A DNA stretch of 64,000 nt from the NCBI GenBank assembly GCA_000708835.1, contig DF237299.1:1-64000 (forward strand), written 5' to 3'. Position 1 is the first letter of the stretch. Each line of letters starts with the position of its first letter. A model generated the notes under the pieces. That model was not told where the DNA came from. It was given only the letters and a program-made list of their open reading frames with translations, and made no database searches. Shown here one piece after another: positions 58,807 through 64,000 of the stretch. The DNA comes from Klebsormidium nitens. Lineage: Eukaryota; Plantae; Klebsormidiophyceae. The position numbers were made by a program, and so were the translations under genes.

Positions 58807-61600
58807 ATGGCAGCAGCTGTGCGGCTTCCCTCTCAAAGCAAAGCCTCCTTAAGGAATTATGCCGCAGGATGTGATGCGGGCTTGCGAGCATCGCATTCTG
58901 TGATCCCCGCACTTCAAAGCAGATCTGATAAATTGCTGGCAAATCAGAGGGGTGCGCTCAGGCTCCCGAAATCTGTCAAGTTGGATAAGAAGTCAGCCGT
59001 TGCCACGCTTAGACAGGGGACTACGACCCGGACGGAAGTCACGTGCAGTTCAGCATTGGACTCTAGCTTTCAAGCAGGGGGCGTAGGCACACATCGCACA
59101 AGATGGGGATCAGGATACGCAATCAGATCAAGGGCAAGGCTGCTGTTGAGAACGGCGAAGGGTGGGATGAATGGTCGTGGTCATCCTTCTCAACAGGCCA
59201 CACTCGACTTCCTTGCGTGTCAGTCTGCACTGGGGCCCAGGCGCAGGCCTTCTGTTCAAGCCAGAGCATCCGAGTCAAATCTGATTGTGGAGAGACCCGC
59301 AATCAAGCAAAATGGCGCGCAGAAGAAGGAGATCTACAAGGGCCTGGAGGACAGCCCTGCCAAAGTCGAAAGGTGCATCATCGTAGATGAAGAGAATCAC
59401 GTAGTGGGGGAAGCGAGTCGACAAGACACGGTAGGCAAAAGGTTGTGGGGCCGGGGGGTGTACTGCCTGGTTCAGAATCGGAGGGGCCAGCTCTTGGTGA
59501 CGCAGAGGACTGAGGAGAAGGTGAGGAGAGCTGACGAATGGAGAAGAACTGGTCTAAGTTTCTTGTGAGAGTATTCTGTTGATTGCAGGTTGTGTGAGAG
59601 AGTGGTAATCACCAATGAACTGTGATCAACTTGAGGTGTGGTTTTAGAACGATGGAGAGCAAGATTTTCTGTGTGGTGTAAATGCGTTCTGTTTGGACTG
59701 TGTGGACTTAAGCTTAAGCTGCTAATGAGCTGCAATTCAAGTGGACTGACCAGCAGAGTCAATAACCATGGAGGGACTGGAAGGAACTTGTCATGCCTCC
59801 TCCCTTTCTTGTGCTGTTACTAACACGAGCAGGTTCAGGAGAGGTGCTTATGCAAAAGTTCAATTCAGAGATGAAAGTGTTTTGTCTTAAGATTTTCCAA
59901 AATGCATTTCTGCTTGATTGTGTGCGCTGGAGGGTATGCATTTTGTGACGCGCTTGAATAGTTCAGCCCTTTGCAAGTTAGCGGAGAAGTAAGCGGCACC
60001 AAGTTTTGGGCGCAATCTGGCAGTTCTGCGGCGCAACTCACCCCAGAAGCTTGATCCCTGATTTCTGAGGCGCTCTAGAGAGGAATCATTGCAATTTTCA
60101 TCCACTCGTAAACAACCTGTGGTTCAAGTAGTTTTCGAGAACTACGCTGTTGGCTTCTGCTCTTGCGGTCAATTGCCTCCTGTTTGGGATCCACCAAAAC
60201 GCATAAAGAGGTTACAATCGAATGATGCTTCTTCTGACCGATCTAATTCCTTGCTTGACCCAGGACCCAATCTGGTCCTGCCTGGTTCCTTAGTAAGAAG
60301 AAGTATACGCGAGTCTTCTTCATTTTTCCAGGTAAAACTTTGCTCAGTGCCAAAGCTTTCGATTCATTTTGAAACCTCTCTAACATCTCTTTTTGCCTCT
60401 GCAGGACTTGTATCCAGGGCACCTAGACGTCGTCGTCTCAGGCTGTGTGAATGTCGGGTACGGTCACGGAACCTTTCAGCGAAGAAAAAATTGGACAGTG
60501 TGACAGAAAAGGTTTGCTAGCAATTTTGTAGTCCCCTGTGCCTTGTATTGCAGTTGCTGCAGGTGCTACTCGATTGTATTGTTTGTCGATCTGTACTTGG
60601 AAAGGCCAGAGACTGCTACAGAAAGCTAGAAGAGGGCTCCAGTCAATGCAAACTGACAGCCAACTCTCATGTTGTTGCGCTCCAGGGAAGAGTATTCGGA
60701 CACAATTGTCCGAGAGCTGTCCGAAGAATTGGGCCTGAAAACCGTCGACAGGTAAAAGATCAACCCCTTCTTCCCTCGTCTGCAACAATTTTCAACGGAG
60801 CTGATTGAATCGCGAGCACACTTACTCCAAAATATCTCTGTTATCATTGAGTTGCACTGCCTGTGAACGGATTGTCTCCTTCCGCGTTCAGGCTTTCTTT
60901 CAGCCCAAATGACACCGTGTTTCCATGTAACTTTGCAGGAAGGCGTTGACCCCGCTGTTTCTGTTCAAGTGGGTCGACGAGTACTGCCGCATCTGGGGCT
61001 GCGGATACCATTACGTGACGGACTGCGAGACGTTTGATCTGCAGGTAGGCTTGAAATTCGCTTGAAACTCGGCAAATTCGATGATCGAGTTTGTGACTCG
61101 CTGTTGCCGGCTTCCTCTCCCTTCGAAAGTAAATCTTGACGGTTGCAACGCACGAAGTCGGCATGAAAGGCCAGCTCCGGCGCCCTGAACGGGAAAGTGA
61201 CTGCCTCCTGAATCCGCTAGAAAGCGTTCTTTTCTTGTCATTACAAGTTTGCTGCCATTCGTAGTATCCTCGCCTGGTTCTTAGGAGGCGTCGTTTTCTT
61301 ATTGTTACAAGAAACATTCCGGTCTTTCGTTACCCTGTGCCAATTGTCCTTTGCCAACGACGCCCCTTGACCTATTTGATCAAGCTCAGCTTTTAGAATG
61401 TGTAGCTTCGGCCAACTTCGTGTCCCGTCCATAAAAGCTCTTAATGGTCGAATCCATTCTGCCAGGTGGAAGAAGTGCAGTGGTGCAAGTGGATGGACCT
61501 TGATGAGGTCGAGGAGCTTATCCAGACCGCACGCTTCACGCCGGTGGGGCTCTCTGTGCTGCGTCGGTTCTTGAAAGAGCGGCACCTCCCGCAGTCCTAG
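58807..61600 (+). CDS. Nudix hydrolase (IDI type 1/YfcD-like) with long organellar transit-like N-terminus
   Basis: CIIVDEENHVVGEASR..LWGRGVYCLVQNRRGQLLVTQRTEEK|DLYPGHLDVVVSGCVNV|GEEYSDTIVRELSEELGL gives a complete Nudix box G-x5-E-x7-REUxEExGU. Then ..FDLQ|VEEVQWCKWM..HLPQS* (stop 61598-61600). Confidence 0.88.
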
Positions 61601-62925
61601 TCCCCCGGTTGGACTTTTGTGTTGACTTCGCGTGCAAGATCACGCAGCCTCGCTGTGCAAAGTCTAGGTAGCCTTCCGTCCTGTACAGTGTATGCAGCCT
61701 TGCCGAGTAGCCAAACTCTTATCTCGTGCTTTGTGTGCAAGGATAGCCATTGAACGCTTTGCTAGTCAAGAAAGTCTAGTGCAGTCTGTTTGTGAATAAT
61801 TCTTTGTCTTAAGTGTGGGTTCGAGCAACAATCAACGAGTATTAGTATAGCTTAAAGCCTGGGATGTCAGTCAAGAAAGTTTGAGTGCCGTCAAATCTAA
61901 CACGGTCCAGAAATTTAAAAAAACGTATGTTTGATCTGCATGATCTGTCAATCTTGGCAACTCTTTCATCGCGTATCTTGACAGTCTGTCCCGTCTTTCA
62001 TGAACTGCATAACAAACGAAAAACTTCGCTTGAAGTTCACATCATGTGATATACTCGTGTGTCCAATTGCCAGTATGTTTGCCTTCATGCAAGCTATCCA
62101 CTGAGCCGCAGCTCTGGCTCTGTCATGTTGCGCATATGTCCTGCACGAAGCTTATATAGCATACCTGCACGTTTTGATTTTCTATCTTTGTATGCACGTA
62201 CAAAGACATGGGCGGTAGGGAGCCATAGCTTGATATACCATGCCATACAGCTACATGGCTGACGTCAGCACACAGACCCCACCGATGCACATGGCACCTG
62301 GCTCAATATCAAGTGCATGTGTCAAGCCGCGCACTGATGCACATTGCTGTTACCAGACATGTGCATATAGCTTATAAGTAGTTTTGTATTTGCGTTGTAT
62401 GGGATCAACATGAAGTCGCGGTGATTGCACGCATCCCAATCATGCTCCCCACTCGAGGGCCGGGCCGCACGTGCACGAGCTTGGCAAGCTGAAGTTAGTC
62501 GGGTCGGACTCGCTATATGCTCCAGATAGATCATACAGAGGGAGTGAAGCACCCGAACCTTAAGTGGTTCGAGTGCTTCGCATATCTCAGCCCACAGAAG
62601 ACTCTTTAATTGGTAACTTAGAAAGTCGTTCTAAACAGATCTTTACATGGCGAACCAGACCCATTTCAATCGATTCTGGTGAGTTCAGCCTACCTGTAGG
62701 TCCATGGCTCTGACAGGCTCGTCGGACGAATGTAGTCCCAGTCCATATACAACATCACTATTGGCACTGCTCTCCGCTCTATACAGCTAGCTCCATGTTG
62801 ATTGTTCTCGAACGTCTCAAACTCTTGGTTCGAAGCTTCTCTAGCCTGCAAATCGCGCACCGAAAGCTCACTGGTTAAGCACTCAGAGCGTATTAGCCTA
62901 CATCTCTAATCATCCTTCCCCCAAC

Positions 62926-64000
62926 TCACGGCCCACGCTCCTCCCTCTCGGCCGCTGCCGCGAGGAAGTTCAGCAGGGCCCCGTGCCCGGAGTAGTGCTC
63001 CATCGTCGCCCGGGAGAGCTGGTCCCCGCCCACCTCCTGCATCCACCGGGAGCTCGTCACCCGGCTCTCAAACCCTGGGAACTTCTCCAGGAGGTCCGCA
63101 GCCGCCGCTAGGGTTATCTCCCATAGCTCCTGGTCGAAAACCGTGCCATCCCGCTTGAGCGCAGCAAAGCTCTCGTCCAGAAACCGCACGACCGCGTCGA
63201 GCAGCCCCCCTAGATCGAGACCACGCTCCCCGAGCGTCTTTTCGTCAGCGAGTAGGAGTGCGTTGCTAATGACGGCGGAAGAGAGCGCCAGCCGCAGGGG
63301 GCTTTCTGGCGCCGCGCGAATCCACGTCAGCAGAGCCGGCAGGACGGTGCTGACGTCAGCAAAGCGGACCTTGGCCCCGCCGGCCGCCTGCTGGTCCAGC
63401 ACGTTGAGGACGACATCGAGGGCGCGCGCAATCATCCCGTCTGCCGGATCCTCCGCAAGATTCTCTCCCCCTTCTAGATCCATGTCGTGCGAGCTCGAGG
63501 CCGGAGCGGGCTGGCCACGTTGCGCCGCAATCGCGTCCCGTGCGAACTCCCCAACGGCCCGGTGCGCCTTCTCCCGGACCATTATCTTGCACCACTCAAC
63601 GTCTTCCGATATCTGCCCAAGCGCAGGCAGCAAGCACCACACCCCGCCCAGATAGGGGCCTCGTCTACCCGTGTCCGAACCACTTTGACCTCCGTCCGAA
63701 TCGTCCGAACCCTTTACTCCGAGCAAGAACCCCAGCATCCCGGCCACCTTTTCCCGGTGCGCCTCGGGCGCCTCCGCCAGGAACCGTCCGAGCACTCGGA
63801 CACTTGCGAGCACAAAATCGTCCGAATTCCGGCCGTGCTCCTTTGCCTGCTCCAGTAAGTCGATCACGACGGCTGCCGCCTCGCTGGCGGCCCCGAACGC
63901 CTTCTGGGCCGTGTCAGCACTCAGTTGAGGTTTGGGGGATCCCTTGCCGGTGGTGCGTGTGACCGTGCTGACGTCAGCAGCGGCCGCCTCGGCGAGCGCG
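62926..64000 (-). CDS. Neurochondrin-family ARM-like helical protein, 3' part (gene starts beyond the window)
   Basis: Continuous frame from the window edge (ALAEAAAADVST...) to stop at 62926, with VLASVRVLGRFLAEAPEAH..FLL, resembling the neurochondrin motif as recalled. Helical, Leu/Ala-rich. Confidence 0.75.
   Translation of the reverse strand, partial: ALAEAAAADVSTVTRTTGKGSPKPQLSADTAQKAFGAASEAAAVVIDLLEQAKEHGRNSDDFVLASVRVLGRFLAEAPEAHREKVAGMLGFLLGVKGSDDSDGGQSGSDTGRRGPYLGGVWCLLPALGQISEDVEWCKIMVREKAHRAVGEFARDAIAAQRGQPAPASSSHDMDLEGGENLAEDPADGMIARALDVVLNVLDQQAAGGAKVRFADVSTVLPALLTWIRAAPESPLRLALSSAVISNALLLADEKTLGERGLDLGGLLDAVVRFLDESFAALKRDGTVFDQELWEITLAAAADLLEKFPGFESRVTSSRWMQEVGGDQLSRATMEHYSGHGALLNFLAAAAEREERGP

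Noticed and set aside
45050-62830. GGTTCGA T-loop-like motifs (e.g. ~45052, ~61817, ~62566, ~62828)
   Set aside because: No cloverleaf, acceptor stem or A-box. No tRNA gene is supported.
63143-63962. Plus-strand ORFs opposite neurochondrin
   Set aside because: Antisense shadows of a GC-rich coding exon.

Overview
Gene-dense, intron-rich eukaryotic nuclear DNA from the green lineage, most consistent with a streptophyte alga such as Klebsormidium. That assignment is an inference from a plant-type ARP8, a plastid Hsp33, a U12-type intron and GC-rich exons. Manual exon stitching supports ten spliced protein genes: a MAPK-like kinase (+), a small single-TM protein that is probably mitochondrial (-), F-box/actin fusion ARP8 (+), a plastid SAM methyltransferase (-), plastid Hsp33 (-), a roughly 2000-aa CK1/TTBK-family kinase (+), a WD40 protein (-), a LOG2/MGRN1-type RING E3 ligase (+), a Nudix hydrolase (+) and the 3' end of neurochondrin (-). 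There are also two MITE-like elements and an orphan Argonaute PAZ-like exon lying antisense in a kinase intron. The most interesting items are: (1) the CK1/TTBK kinase fused to RE/RD- and RS-rich tracts, tandem CCCH fingers and an hnRNP Q/R NURR-like domain, a candidate RNA-bound splicing kinase; (2) a strongly over-represented palindrome GCTGACGTCAGC found even inside coding sequence, reminiscent of cyanobacterial HIP1; (3) the antisense PAZ exon; (4) a MAPK-fold kinase with a CDK-like activation loop lacking TxY. All gene models were built by eye and no database searches were run.
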